Assembly: GCA_002104905.1 (NCBI GenBank)
Contig: MCFE01000150.1
Span: 62,001-126,000 of the forward strand
Source: Basidiobolus meristosporus CBS 931.73
Lineage: Eukaryota > Fungi > Basidiobolomycota
Reading direction: 5' to 3'
DNA length: 64,000 bases
Each line of letters starts with the position of its first letter. Within the stretch, counting starts at the first letter, position 1. Shown one piece after another: positions 13,601-27,500 of this stretch. Position numbers and translations under genes: made by a program. Under the pieces are notes generated by a model. That model was not told the DNA's origin. It made no database searches and was given only the letters and a program-made list of their open reading frames with translations.

Positions 13601-15194
13601 ATCAAGAAGATAATCTAGGATGAAGCCAGCAAATTTCTAGTACAGCATAAGACACTTTATCAAATTATTCATGGAAGCCCTGTTGCCTATTACACTTATG
13701 TTTCTTGCCTGGATTTCATACTTAAGCTACACAATGGATATGGACATCTTGGAGTTGAAGGAACTTATAGCCTTGTGAAAGCCAGAGCATGGTACCCCAG
13801 AGTAAAACATGATATTGAGAAGCTAATGAAAACATGCCCAAATTGCCAAATCAACCAAGGCCAACCACAGAGAACTACTAAACTCTTTCCTTGGAGCCTG
13901 TAAGACCATTTGAAAGATGGGGAATTGACTTTACTGGAAGACTGCCAGCTACAAGGAAATGTAACTGTTGAAACCTAGTAGTAACTGACCATAGCAATTG
14001 ACCATGCCACTAAATAGCCAGTGGCTAAAGCTGTACCTATGGCCAGTAAACAAGAAGTTGCAAGTTTCATCTACCATGAAATCCATATGAAGTTTGGATG
14101 CCCTGTAGCAATTCTATCTGATAGAGGTGCAAACTTTATGGCAAAGATATTGGAAGCTTACCTGGAAATGCAGCAGATCAAACACTTGAAAACCTTGCCA
14201 TATCACCCCAGAACTAATGAAGTCACTGAACAGTATAATGGATTATTTGGAAAAATGCTGACCAAGTATGCAAATGGAGTTGTTGGTGGATGGGATGAGT
14301 ATATAGACCAAGCATTCTTTGCATGCAGAGTCAGAGTACACAACACCACCCAGCAATTGTCATTTAACCCAGTGTATGGATGTGAACCAAGGATTCCAGA
14401 AGATCTCACACAACCAAAGCTTACAGACAACTTAGAAGATGTGCTCAGTCAGCCAAATAGACACCATCAACTGAAACAAAGATGTCAAGAGGCACAGACC
14501 AAAGTATCTCAGAGTGCAGAAAAGATGAAGCAGATATTTGATAAGACTATGGCACCAGAAGCATTGACAGTTGGGAACTTTGTATTGCTAAGAAACAACA
14601 CTTGGAAGAAGTTTGAGCCACAATGAACAGGACCATTCAAGATCATCAGAGAATGTCCATTTGCAACTTACCAACTAGTGGACAAACAAGGCAATATCTG
14701 GGAAGACTTAGTGCATAGGGACAGACTCAAGCTTGCAACACTTGCTAATAATACTGAAGCATCAAGAAATTGGTATCACAATAAAAGAGATTCAGGAGAA
14801 CCCTCTCAACTTTAGCAGGGGAGAATGTTATGATCTGCAGCTTGAATATTTAAGCTAGATCAGTTTTTAGTCAAGTCAACTAGTTGTTTGTTTAGGTTAT
14901 CAGTATGTCAGTATTATCTATCATATCAGTAACATTAGTCAGCAAATGAATCAGCAGATCCTTATCAGATAGACATAGATATATTAAGTAGGATCTTATT
15001 GGGTGATGATGATGCAATCAAATAAGTCATCAGCCACAGGCTACATGAGGAAATACAATTAGTCAACAATTGATCTGGCAAAATGTATGTAAGGAGCAGC
15101 TGGAATTTCAGTAAAGAACAGTTCAGGTTTTAGTGAATGCAACACTAGCTAAACTACCTATTCCTCTACAACTCTTATACCAAGACTTGTAACA
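10672..15194 (+). mobile_element. Ty3/Gypsy C3 nested in inverted orientation in C2; LTRs 10672-11041 and 14826-15194
   Basis: Gag 11074-11691, PR, RT with a ~400-bp deletion at ~12761, RNase H 12959-13618, integrase 14021-14626, PPT GCAGGGGAGAA; TSD GCAC/GCTC. Confidence 0.9.
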
Positions 15195-18100
15195 GCTCAA
15201 TACTCCACCAAATGCATAATCTGAAGCATCAGTGCACAGAGTAAAGTCTTTTCTGAAGTCAGGTATTATTAAGCTTGGCAGCTTAGCAACTTCATTCTTG
15301 GGCAACTGGAAGGCATTTTCACAAGCTATGTCCCACTTGTAGGTATTGTCTTTCATCAGGATATCAGTTAGAAAAGCTGCAATACTTGCAAACAACTTGA
15401 CAAATCTCCAATAATAGGAAACCATTCCAAGCAATGATCTGAGCTCTGATATGTTGTGGAATTGCATCAGATTCTTGACAACTTCAACCTTCTTATGGTT
15501 TAAGGTTACTCCTGTGCTGGTCACTATGTGTCCCAGATACTCAATATGTTCCATGAAGAATTTGCACTTGGGTAGCTTGCCATAGAGCTTGTTCTCTCTC
15601 AGCTTCATCAAGACCTTTTCAATGTGCACCAAGTGATCCTCTTCTGTCTTGCTGTAAATTGATATATCATCTAGGTAGACTCTGACAAACTTGTCTAGGT
15701 ACTCCTGGAAGATTGTCTGCATCAGGGTCATGAATGTTGCAGGGGCATTGGTGAGGCCAAAATTCATGACTAAGTACCTGTGAAGTCCATTTTAGGTCCT
15801 GAATGCTGTCTTAGGGATGTCTTCTGGCTTCACCCTAATCTGGTTGTATCTTAACATGAGGTCAATCTTGCCAAATATAGGGGCTCCATTGAATTGGTCC
15901 CAGAGCTCATCAATCCAAGGTATGGGGTACTTATTCTTTATGGTAACTGAGTTGAGGGCTCTGTAGTCAACACACATCCTGAGTGTACCATGCTTCTTCT
16001 TCACAAGAAGTACAGGTGCTCCCCAGGGTGACTTGATGGGTCTGATATATCCTTGCTCCAGTCACTCATCTGTTTGTCTCTTCATCTCTTCCAACTCCAA
16101 TGGACCCATTCTCTAAAGTGTTTTACTCACTGGAGGGTTAGCTCCTGCTTCAATGGCATGATCCATGTCTCTCTCAGGTGGTAGGCTTACAAGCTCCTCT
16201 GAATATATGTCTGAATACTCCTTCAAAAGAGTCTGGACCTTATGGGGTACTGGAGTAGAGGATGCCTCCTCTAATACTGCCATGAGGAACATCTGGGTGT
16301 CTTTTCTTAGTGCTCTACAGAACTTTGTCTTGCTAAGTTCACATGTTTCACACAAGCTGGAATCTACCAAGTTAAAATCCAGTCTGGCAGGTAATAGCTC
16401 ATAAGTCTTGCAGTCCTTCTGGATCTGAGTAGCAAGGGTCCTCCAGTTGATTGATGGATTACAACAAAATTGCCAGGTTTTCCCAAGTACAAGGTCAAAC
16501 TTGCAGTTCCCAAATATATAAGCCTGTAGCTCTTCTTCATAGTCATTGATCTTCATTCTTACTGGCTGAGTAATACAGTTGATTATGTGAGAGGACCCAT
16601 CAGTTGTTGAGACTGAAGTTGATTTGGTGGGTTCCAAGTTGATTCCAGCTTTCAGAGCAAAATGCTCTGACATGTACTCATGCAATGCTCCTGAGTCAAT
16701 CATGATCTTGGCAGATACTCATTGATTACCCCATTCAAGTATAATAGCTTTCCTGAGTATGAGTTCATCTGGGACAGGAACTCTTCTGTCATGTGGAAGG
16801 TGAGTTCTGAGTCTTCTTCAAGTCCATCCTCCATATTACTATGCTCCATGGCCTCAATATGGCTAAAGGTTCTTGATGGCTGATGTCCATTTCTTCTCTG
16901 AGGGCAGTACTTTGCAATATGTCCCTGCTGGTGGTAATTGAAGCCAGCTCCTTGCTTCTTACATTCTTCTGAGGTAGGATTCTTCTGCATAGCATCTGTT
17001 TCCATTGGCACTGCTTCTGATTGTCTTCTTTCACAGTTATTGTAGGCACTCTGATTAGTCAATGTGGATTTCCCAACTCCACACATAGCTAGTCATAGTC
17101 AAGGGCAATCATGATGGCTTCTTTGGTAGTCTGAGGTCTTTGATAATTCACTTCCTTACGAGTTCTTGCTTTCAACCCATCAATAAAGTATTCAACTTGA
17201 TCCTGAGGGTCCATTTCTTCAATTTGACCAGGTAGACATCTATTTTCATATATGTACTCTTGGACCATTCCTTTTTGTCTGAGTGTCTTCAACTTTCTTG
17301 TCAGTAGTGTCTGTTGGTGTGGTGGCTTAAAGGCATCCTGAATTTCCAATACAAACCCATCCCAGGTAGAGATTGTAAACCATCCCATCATTATGGCTGA
17401 CCTGATCTTGTTGTGGTACCACTAAAAGCTGCATCTGCCAGGTAAGAGGCTGTATATTGTACCTTGCTTTCTGAAGCTATTCCCTTAGCCTTGAAAACTT
17501 TTTCAATCTGGAAGAGGCAAGTTCCCAGGATTTCATTGACTCTACCATAACACCAGTTAACTTTCACACTAAAGTTGCTTGTGACATGGTTTTGCTAGCT
17601 TTGGGCCATGGTAATCATTCCTTGTTGCTGCTGGCTAAGGATCTGGAATAACTGTTGCTGCTGGGCCAGGACATGTTGCATAGCATTCTCCCATTCTTGA
17701 TATTTAGACATCTTGAGGGAGGATTCCTCTTTCTCAAGGAGGGATGTTTCTGGTTATTGCTGCTACCAATGTTACAAGTCTTGGTATAAGAGTTGTAGAG
17801 TAATAAGGAGTTTAGCTAGTATTGTATTCACTAAAACTTGGACTGATCTTTATTGAGATTCCAGCAGCTCCTGATATATATTTTGCCAGATCAATTGTTG
17901 ACTAATCATATTTCCTAATGTAGCCTGTGGCTGATGACTCATTTGATTCCATCATCATTGCCCAATAAGATCCTACTTAATATATCTATTTCTGTCTGAT
18001 AAGGATCTGCTGATTCATTTGCTGTCTACTGCCTGAATTGCTAGATATTACTGATATATGAACAACCTAAACATATACCTAATTGATTTGGCTAAAAACT

Positions 18101-19852
18101 GATCTAACTTAAACATTTAAGTGCCAGATAATATCACAAGTTGCAGTGGAAGATCATTTTACCTGAGTATGCCAATATTACTGAAACTGATGACACTAAC
18201 TGGAAGACACGGCATAGAAGGCTAGACAGATTGGGGAATAAAAAATGAGCCAATTGATGAAAAATGAGCTTGTTTCAGGCCTAAATTACTCAATTACAGA
18301 CAAGTTGGGTATCTGTAAGGGAGGTTGATGTGGCAAACAAGCTAGGTAGCATATCAGGAGCTCAGGAGGTATTAACATCACCAAATATTGGCTATTGTAC
18401 ACTCAGTCACATGCAGTCCCATGATAACACCGTCCATTGTAGCCAAGAGTTACTTTATGATGTCAATTGATAATAAGACAAGATAAACAAGGGTATACTT
18501 TCTCAAAACAAAAAATGAAGCTTTGGAGATGTTTAAATAACTCATGAACATGGCAGAAACATAAACTGGGTGTAAATTGAAGTTACTTTGAAGTGACAAT
18601 GGAGGGGAATACTGTTCAAAGGAGTTTGCAAATACTGTGCATCTATTGTTATATCTCAACCAACCACTGTTCAACATACTCCACATCAGAATGGAGTAGC
18701 AGAGCATGCAAATAGAACAACGGTAGAGATGGGAAGACTGATGCTACATGACAAGGGAATGGACTACTAGTTTTGGGCTGAATCTGTTGCTATCACAGTA
18801 AACATCAATAATAGATGCCCAAGAACTGCACTACAGGATTTTATGCCCTTTGAAGCATACACCGGCAAAAAACCAGATCTCCAGCACCTCAGGATCTTTG
18901 GGAGTGATGACTTTTATCACATCCCTGACAAAAAACACTCAAAGCTGGATCCAAAGAGTAGAAAAGGGATCTTTCTTGGGTATTGTGATGATACCTAAGG
19001 GTATAGAGTGTATGATGGCAAGATTCAGAAGCTAATCAAGAGCAGGGACATTGTTTTTGAGGAAAATTCAGATTAAAAACCCACAGAAATCATTGACCAG
19101 CTGCCTAATTATGCAATCAACACTAATAAGGAAGATATGTACCAAACTCAGCCAGATACAGAGCATACTTCTGCCAGTTTCCAATCAGAGCAGATTATCC
19201 CAATTAGGATATTGACCAGAATAAGAAATGCCCCAGGATTCTGGTGGCAGACATCCAATGATCATGAAGAAGCTTATCTTGCCTTATGTGCCAAACCTCA
19301 GAATCTGGAACAGGCAATGCAAAGTCCCAATGCTACTTTGTGGCAACAAGCCATGCTGGAGGAGTACCAACTACTTATCAAAGCAAAAATGTGGGAACTG
19401 GTAGATTCACCAAATAGGTGAACGCCAATGAAATGCACATGGGCCTACAAAATCAAGATTACCTCAAATGGTACTGTTGATTAGTACAAGGCTATTTCCT
19501 GATCCAGGGAATAGACCTTAAGGAAACATTTGCTCTGGTTACCAAGTTTAACTCCATTAGAACAGCTCTAGCCCTGGCAGCTGTACACAGTCTAGATCTA
19601 CAACAAATGGATGTCAAAACACCCATGCTAAATAGGGATTTGCAAAAAACTTTATGTATGGAGCAACCAGAAGGTTTTACTGATCCAAAAGGCCCCTACA
19701 TGGTGTGCAAACTCAGGAAATTGTAGTATGGGCTTAGGCACGCACCTAGATCATAGTAAAACAAAATTACAAATATGTAGAGGAGATTGGGTTTGTTTGT
19801 AGCACTGTGGATCAAAGTTTTTATGTGAAACAGCTCAAAAAGGGCAAAATTG

Positions 19853-20220
19853 TGTTATGATCTGCCACTTGAATATATAAGTAGATCAGTTTTTATTCAA
19901 ATCAATTAGTTATATGTTTAGGTTTTTGGTATATCAGTATTATCTATCATATCAGTAACATTAGTCAGCAAATGAATCAGCAGATCCTTATCTGTCAGAA
20001 ATAGATATATTAAGTAGGAGCTTATTGGGTGATGATGATGCAATCAAATGAGTCATCAGCCACAGGCTACATGAGGAAATACAATTAGTCAACAATTGAT
20101 CTGGCAGAATGTATATAAGGAGCTGCTGGAACCTCAATAAAGATCAGTTCAGGCTTTAGTGAATACAATACTAGCTAAACTCCCTATTCCTCTACAACTC
20201 ATATGTCAAGACTTGTAACA
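19853..20220 (+). mobile_element. Solo LTR family C
   Basis: TGTTATGATCTG...CTTGTAACA, colinear with the other C LTRs. Confidence 0.9.
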
Positions 20221-20795
20221 CTTGTATGAATTGTGATTGCTGAATATCTGATTTCATTCTGAGTTTTTATGCTCCAGCCTTGACAAGGCTATAGGTTTCT
20301 TTAATTCCAGGATGTCCATATCTATTGTGTAGCTTATTTATTAAATCAACGTGAGTAACATAAGGGCAATATGCAATAGGCTTTCATCAACAATTTAGTA
20401 GAGTACTTCATCCTGTATTACAAATCTGTAATTTCATCTTAGATTATCTTCTTGGTCTCTTCATCCACCTGATCAGATGTGGACTGGTCCTCTAAGAGCT
20501 TTGGTAATAATATAGGCCAATCTGATTCATACACCTAGTTGAGTTGTGCAACTTGTTCTAGTCTTTAAAAGACATCAGCAACTATGTTGTTTTCCCTAGG
20601 CAGTAAATAATCTTAAAGTCAAGTTGCCAAATGTATTAACTCCATCTTGTAAATCTATGTGATAGTACCTCACAAGTAAATATATACTCTGAATGAGGCA
20701 TGATTAGTCTTGACATTGCATATGACTCCTTGAATGTTGCATCTCCAGGTCTTCAAGTGGTGGATTTTAGCAAGCATCTCCTTATCATGCTATGG

Positions 20796-21973
20796 TGTGG
20801 TGATGTAGAGGTACTCCTGGGAGGAGCTACACAACTCAAGGTATGTGAAGTATCTGATGGGTGCAATAACCTTTGTGTCTAAACTGCTGGCGTCTTTATC
20901 AATATGTCACTATGGTAAAAGCTCCTGCTTCTCCAGCTTCCTAAATGCTCCAAGTATGTTCAAAGGCCTCTGCGTGTCTTGTGCACTGCCCTGAAAAGCT
21001 CCTTGATGGCAAGTCTGAGATGTAACTGTTAAAGTTAGGTGCAGTGATCAACTGCTAATTAATAAGGGGAGAGTGTCAATTATCATAGGGATGACTTATT
21101 GATGAGGGATTCACTTCCTGTAAACACTTTTCCGGATTGCCAAGTGATTACTAATGGCAAGGTTTTAGAAAATTCAAGGCATTGGTGGACCTCTTGATGA
21201 CATGACTATAGGCTAAAAATACACCAAGAAGGTCCTGGAAGATTCCACAAAGGCACAACACAGCCACACAATTGGGGATTGGTAGTCTGAAACATGTGCA
21301 ACATTGAAATACCATATATTGCATTTAAATGATAAGGATGGTAACACAGAGTTAAGTCATGTGTCATGGGTACTGATGCAGGTACTGTTGCAATTTAAGA
21401 AGTGATTTGGATATAAGGAACTTATCAAGAAATAGTGATAATAGTTGAACTGTTGTTTATTCACCAAGAAGCTCAGTATTTATACCTTTGTAGAAGTAAT
21501 ACAGCTGCAACACTAAGTAGGGAGGGTTTCTCAATATTCAGGAGCATTCTGTAACAGTTTCAGGGTTAGTACATATTGTTTGGTAATAGTGCTAATTTGA
21601 TCCTGACTATAGGGGAATAAGCATAAGATCATATATCTGGAGAAAGTGGCGAAGTTAAGGCAGTAAATGAGTCCTACAGTGACTAAGACTAGCCTAGAAT
21701 TGTTAAGTAAATTTTTAGCTGCTGAATGATACAAAATAGTCCAATATTTCAACAGGTACTTGCCTAATGTAGATACATATACAGATCACAAAGCTGAGTG
21801 CATCTGGGATAACAATGCTAGTAACTAATCAGGGCAAATATCATGTGTGGATACTACTTATGATATGAGTAAAGGAAGAGTGAGAAAATACTGATAAGAT
21901 AAAATATGGACAAGTGCAATACAATACCTATATGAATAAACTTGTCTGTGGAAGGTATATTTACCCTACCACA
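20796..21973 (-). mobile_element. Solo LTR family D, itself interrupted by LTR E
   Basis: Colinear with 1-736; CATG on both sides but with 6 extra nt on the left. Confidence 0.85.
21386..21754. mobile_element. Solo LTR family E (Copia-like termini)
   Basis: TGTTG...CAACA, 369 bp, perfect 5-bp TSD GGTAC (21381-21385 / 21755-21759). Confidence 0.85.
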
Positions 21974-23059
21974 CATGACAGTCTTGTTCTGCAGAGTTGA
22001 GTTGCTTGGATTCAAAAGTAACTGGGCAGGCCTTTCCCAAAGGTTTTTGGCTCAGTATTCCACTGATTGCATACTCTGACCATCTGTTCATGGAGTAAAC
22101 TCTCTTATGAAGCTTGGTATTCTTAAGCATGGCAATTTAGCAAGTTCATTCTTGAGTATCTGAAAGGAAGCCTCACAGGCAATGTCTCACTGCAAGGTGT
22201 AGTCTTTCTTGGGAATATAAGTTAAAGGGTCTGCAACACTTGCACAGGACTTGACAAATCTCCAGCAATAGGGAGCCATTCCAAGGAACAATTTGAGTTC
22301 TGATATGCTCTGAGGCTGCTTCAGATTCTGGATGACTTCAACCTTCTTGGGATTTAAGGTCACTCTTGTGCTGTTCATTATGTGTTGCAGGTATTTATTG
22401 TGTTCCTTCAGGAATTCATACCTTGCTTGCTTACCATATAGCTTGCACTTGCTTTGCTTCTTTAAGACCTGTTTAATATTCATCAAGTGGTGTGCTTTTG
22501 TCTTGCTGTAAATCAATATGCTATCTAGGTAGATTACCAAAAACCTGGCAAAGTAACCCAGAAAGATGGTTTGCATTAATATTGTGAATGTTGCCAGGGT
22601 ATTGGTAAGGCCAAGAGTCTTGAATTAGTGCTTGTAATGTGCATAACTGGTCATAAATGCTCTCACTGGGATGTCTTTTGGTTTCACACTAATCTGGCTG
22701 TATCCTGTCAATCCTGTCCAATGTGGGTTGCACCATTGAGTTGGTCCAAAAGCTCATCAATCAATAGTCCGGAGTACTTGTTCTTCATGTTAACTGAGTT
22801 AAGGCTCTGTAGTCAATGCACAATCTAAGTTTACCATTCTTCTTACTTGCAGATGGCACTAGTGCTTCCCAAGGTGACTTGCTGGATCCAACATATTCTT
22901 GCTCCAATAACTGATCTCTATGTTTCTTCATCTCTTCCAGTGCCAATGGACTCATTCAGTAAGGTGTCTCTCTCACTGGACAACTATTTCCCGTGTCAAT
23001 GGCATGAATAGCATCCCTGACTGGTGGTAGGCTGACAGGCTCTTCTAGCTCTGCTCCAA

Positions 23060-24495
23060 AAGACACCACCAGCGGGTCTATACAGTTAAATATGAGTGAA
23101 ATCCAAGGGGCAACAGCAACAAAACTGACAGACATACTCTATGTGCCTGGAATAGCCATGGACCTACTCTTAATCAGTAAAGCAACTACTCAAGGACTGA
23201 AGTTTACTTTGACCAAGCTCATCTGCTCATTATTGAGTAAAAGTGGATGAAATTAGATTTGGGAATCAGAGATCACATTATATACAAGTTAAAATGCAAG
23301 GTCATTGAACCTGAGTATGCCAACATTGCAGAACCTGATCAAACTAACTGGGAGATGTGTTATAGGATGCTAGGACTTATTTGTAACAGAACGCAATCAA
23401 TTGGTGAAAAAGCAACTTGTTTTGGGCCTAAATTACTCAATTTTAACCAACTTTTGTGTCTGTATGGGATGCTCATATGGGAAAGAAGCTAGGGAGTGTT
23501 TCTGGTGCTCAGGAGGCATTATAACCACCAAAATACTTGCTATTGTGCTTTCAGATGTATGTGGGCCAGTGAGAACACTGTCAATTGGAGCCAAGAGATA
23601 CTCTACAATGTTTATTAATGATAAGACAAGATGTATATGGGTGTACTTTTCAAGACAAAGTACAAAGGTTTGGAGGCACTTAAGAACTTCAAGAACATGT
23701 CAGATACACAAACTGGGTATATATTGAAGGTACATTGAAGTGGCAATGGAGGAGAATACTATTCAAAGATGTTTGCAATACGCTACCCATCTATATGTAT
23801 ACTTCATGACATCACAGTTGCACATACTCCATAGCAAAACAAAGTAGCAGAATGTGCAAATAGAACAAGAGTAGAGAAAGGAAGATCTATGCTATTTGAT
23901 AAGGGAATGGACTACAGGTTCTGGGCTGAGTCTGTTGCTGCCACAGTATACATTAAGAATAAATGCTCAACAACAATAATACATGAATCTGCATGTTTTG
24001 TAACATATAAAGGCAAAAGACTGGACCTTCAGCATCTCAGGATTTTGGGCAGTGAGGTTTTTTATCACATCCCTGCCAAAAAAAGCCCAATCATGGGACC
24101 AAAGAGCAGAAAAGGATCTCTCTTGTGTAATATAAGGATACTAAAGGATATGGAGTGTATGGTGGCAAAGCTCAGAAGCTGATCAAGAGCACAGATAAAT
24201 CAAGACAACCTTAAATGGTACTATTGATATGCCAAGGCTAGATCTGTGGCTAACAGCTATCCCTAGATCCAGGGACTAGACTTCAAGGTAATATTTGCTC
24301 TGGTTGCCAGGTTTAACTCCATAAATGACAGTTCTTGCACTGGCAGCTGTACACAGTCTAGATCTACTTCAAAAGCATGTCAAACAGCTTTTCTAAATGA
24401 GATTCTGCAAGAAACTAAAAATATTGAGCAACCAGAACGTTTTACCAATCAAAATAGCCCCCATGAGGTGTGTTGACTTAGAAAATTGCTGTATG
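23060..24495 (+). mobile_element. Heavily degraded Copia G2 fragment (protease C-terminus, integrase, RT)
   Basis: LSDVCGP, YRFWAESVAATVYIKNKC, IFYHIP motifs; aligns to G1 with internal deletions. Confidence 0.75.
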
Positions 24496-24504
24496 GGCTA
24501 AATA

Positions 24505-27500
24505 CTGAGTTGGAATTTTGGTTTTTTACAACACTCCCACTCAGCTAAATGTAAACACTGACTAGTCCTAATTTTGACCTAAGATATTCAAACTTGTCTT
24601 TAGCTGATGGCTTGGTAAATATGTCTGCAATCATTTCCTCTGAAGGACAGTAAACTAAGCCAACTAAGTTATTCTCTATAGGCTGACATATGGAGTGATT
24701 TATAATATCTGTGTGCTTACTTCTAGCCTGAAAAGTTGGTTTTCTACCTCATTGTATACATCCTTAATTATCTTGAAATAAAGTAATAAGTGTTTTTTGA
24801 CATAGGCCTAAATCTGTAAGAAGCTTTTGTAAACACATGACTTCTTTTGTAGCTTCACCAGCTGCCACATACTCTGCCTATGTGGTTGAAAGTGCTATTG
24901 TTGGTTGCTTTCATAAATTCTATGAAATTGCTCCTTTACAGTAAAGAAAGGTGTATCCTGAGGTGGATCTTCTGTTTTCTAAATTTTTCCCCAATCAGCA
25001 TCAGAGTATCCCACAAGATCCTGTTCTGAATCTTCATAAGTGTATCTTAAGCAGATATCAGCAGCTCCTTTTAGGTATCTAAAAATCCTCTTAACTGCTG
25101 CAAATTGATCAGATCCATAGTTCTGATTGTGCTGGCTGACAACTCCCACTGAATATGAGATATATGGATTTGTTCCATGCATGATATACATCAGACTGCT
25201 GTCCATAGATTGATAGGGCAAGTCAGGGCTTTCAGATGGCACCAAGCTTTCTTGATTTGGTTGAGTTTTGACCATGATAAGGTTTGTCTCCATTGGGGTA
25301 GCTGCCAGCTTAGAGTTTTCCATTTAATACTTCTTTGGTATATCTTGAAAATATATTTGGATTGGCTTAGGGTGCTAGTCTTGGTACATCTGTCTATGGA
25401 GAACTTTATTCCTAAGTAGCAAATGAGTTCTTCAAGATTGGACATCTTGAACTCTTTAGATAGGCTGAATTTAGTCTCTTCCAATGTTGCTAGGTTATTG
25501 GTGACTATAATTAGATCATTCACATATAGGCCAGTAGTACTGAACTTGCTCTATCAGGCTTACAGTATATACTATAGTCAGCATTACTCCTTTTGAAACT
25601 TAAAGATTCAAATAAGAATTTATCATGCAATTGCAGGCTCTTGGTGATTGATTGAGACCATTTAGAAAGCTTTTAATCTTTCAGACCAAATTGGAGTTAT
25701 CTTAGCCAACAAGCCCATCAGGCTGGTTCATATACATGTCCTCATCAGGCGCTCCATTCAAAAATGTAGTTTTTACATCCACTTGATGAAAAAAGAACTT
25801 ACATTTAGCTGCAAAAGCCAATATTAATCTGATGGAATTAAGCTTGGTTACCAGTGCAAAGGTCTCAGTAGAGTCAAGTCCTTTTGTTTGAGAGTATATT
25901 TTGGCCACAAGTTTTGCTTTGTATCTTTCAACTGTTCCATCAGCCTTGTACTTTGTCTTAAAGACCCATCTGCCTGCATTGGATTTTATTTGATTGGTAA
26001 TTTGACCAAGTACCAAGTTTGATTTTCCATCAGGGCCTGTTACTCCTCAGTCATTGCAAATCTCCAAAGCTTTGTCTGAGGGCTATTCAGGGCCTCTTTT
26101 GCAGTCTGGGGGTCATCAATATGGACTGAATAGGCATAGGCTAAGTGTGTACCCTCATTGATATAGTAGTTTGGACTATTTCTTGTCAGGTTGGATCTCC
26201 AGGTATTTGATACTGGAATGATCACTTCTAGGATATTCCTGGGCACTGTTGCAGGCTGAAGTGTAGTAGTAGAGTTCTCTGGAGTGAAAAAGCTCTCATT
26301 GTCTTGATCTGATTCAACTCTGACAATTGGTGGACTTGAGATCAGATTTTTGTCATCATCTGATGCCATTATTTGTGAAAATTTTGAATTTTCAGCAAAC
26401 AACACATCCCTGGACTTGATCAGCCTCTTTGCTTTGGTATTGTAGAGTCTATATGACTTACTCTCATTGCAGTAGTCCAAAAAAATGTATTTTATACTTT
26501 TTGGCTCAAATTTTGACTGATTTTTAGGCAATTACTTGGCATATGCTGTACACCCATATAATCTTAGATATTCTGCGCTTGGTCTGTCTCCATATCATGA
26601 TTCAAATGGAGTAGAGTCACCAAGTATTCTGTTATAACTCCTATTTTTAAGACTTGCAGCTGCGGCAACTGATTCCACCCAAATATCATAGGTTAATTGG
26701 GATCATTAATTGTGGATCTTGTCATATTGATTATTAATCTGTTTGCACATTCTGCTACTTCATTTTGCTGTGGGGAGTATGGTACAGTATTCTCTTGCTT
26801 TATCCCATGAGTTTTACAGAAGTGCATGAAGAGTTTTGAGGTATATTCTCCACCTTTGTCAGAGCATATTTTCTTGATTTTTTTGCCAGTTTCTTTCTCC
26901 ACCATGACTTTAAACTCCCTTAGCTTAGACAGAGCTTCTTCCTTTCTCTCCATAAAGTAGACCTATGTGTATCATGTATAATCATCAATCAAGGTATTAA
27001 ATTCTTTATCCTGCCTAAGGATAAATTTTGCTTAGGTTCACACAGATCTGAGTGAAGTAGATCTAACTTTTTCTTAGTTTTGATTTACAAAGAGCTCTTG
27101 AATGGTTGTCTGGCTTGTTTCCCACATATGCAGGCTTCACAGAGCTCCAAATTAGCTGGGGGATGAATTTTTACTCCAGAAATTAGCTCATCTTTGATCA
27201 TTTTGCCCAAATAATCAAAATTGATGTGCCCAAATCTACTGTGCCAATGCTGTAGTGGGTCACTGTGACACCCACCAACAGATGTGCTCATTCCCATAAT
27301 TTCTACTTCCTTATTTCTCTACTACACTTATTATAGTTCTATCCCATTTGTCTTACCTAATCAATACTATCCCATAAGCTGGTTGACTATCATACCTGCT
27401 TACCTTATTGCATAAGTTATCCCTCACTTTATGTGAGATTACTAGCGGTAAGTGTGTTTATATTAGGCAAGTACCTGTGACACATGATTAACCCATGTTG

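Larger units (their letters stand above)
8450..18136 (-). mobile_element. Ty3/Gypsy C2, in tandem with C1 and sharing LTR 8450-8814; 5' LTR 17770-18136
   Basis: PPT again directly right of the shared LTR (8815); PBS TGGTAGCAG at 17760-17768; RT YLDD in ORF 15123-15767; whole C1-C2 tandem flanked by a 4-bp TSD CAAG (3900-3903 / 18137-18140). Confidence 0.88.
2740..19852 (+). mobile_element. Degenerate Ty1/Copia element G1 (pieces 2740-3903 and 18137-19852, split by the Gypsy C tandem)
   Basis: Gag NYRLWRIKIQIHLEERKLW, knuckle with GHWAREC, protease WYIDSGASHH (~3560), integrase ~18400-18900, RT ~19300-19850; Copia domain order; many stops. Confidence 0.85.
20221..23040 (-). mobile_element. 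Degenerate Gypsy pol fragment H (RT, RNase H, integrase N-terminus), related to but diverged from C
   Basis: FLVIYLDSILIYSKT (22187-22576); RNase H and zinc-finger remnants; no LTRs of its own seen. Confidence 0.75.
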
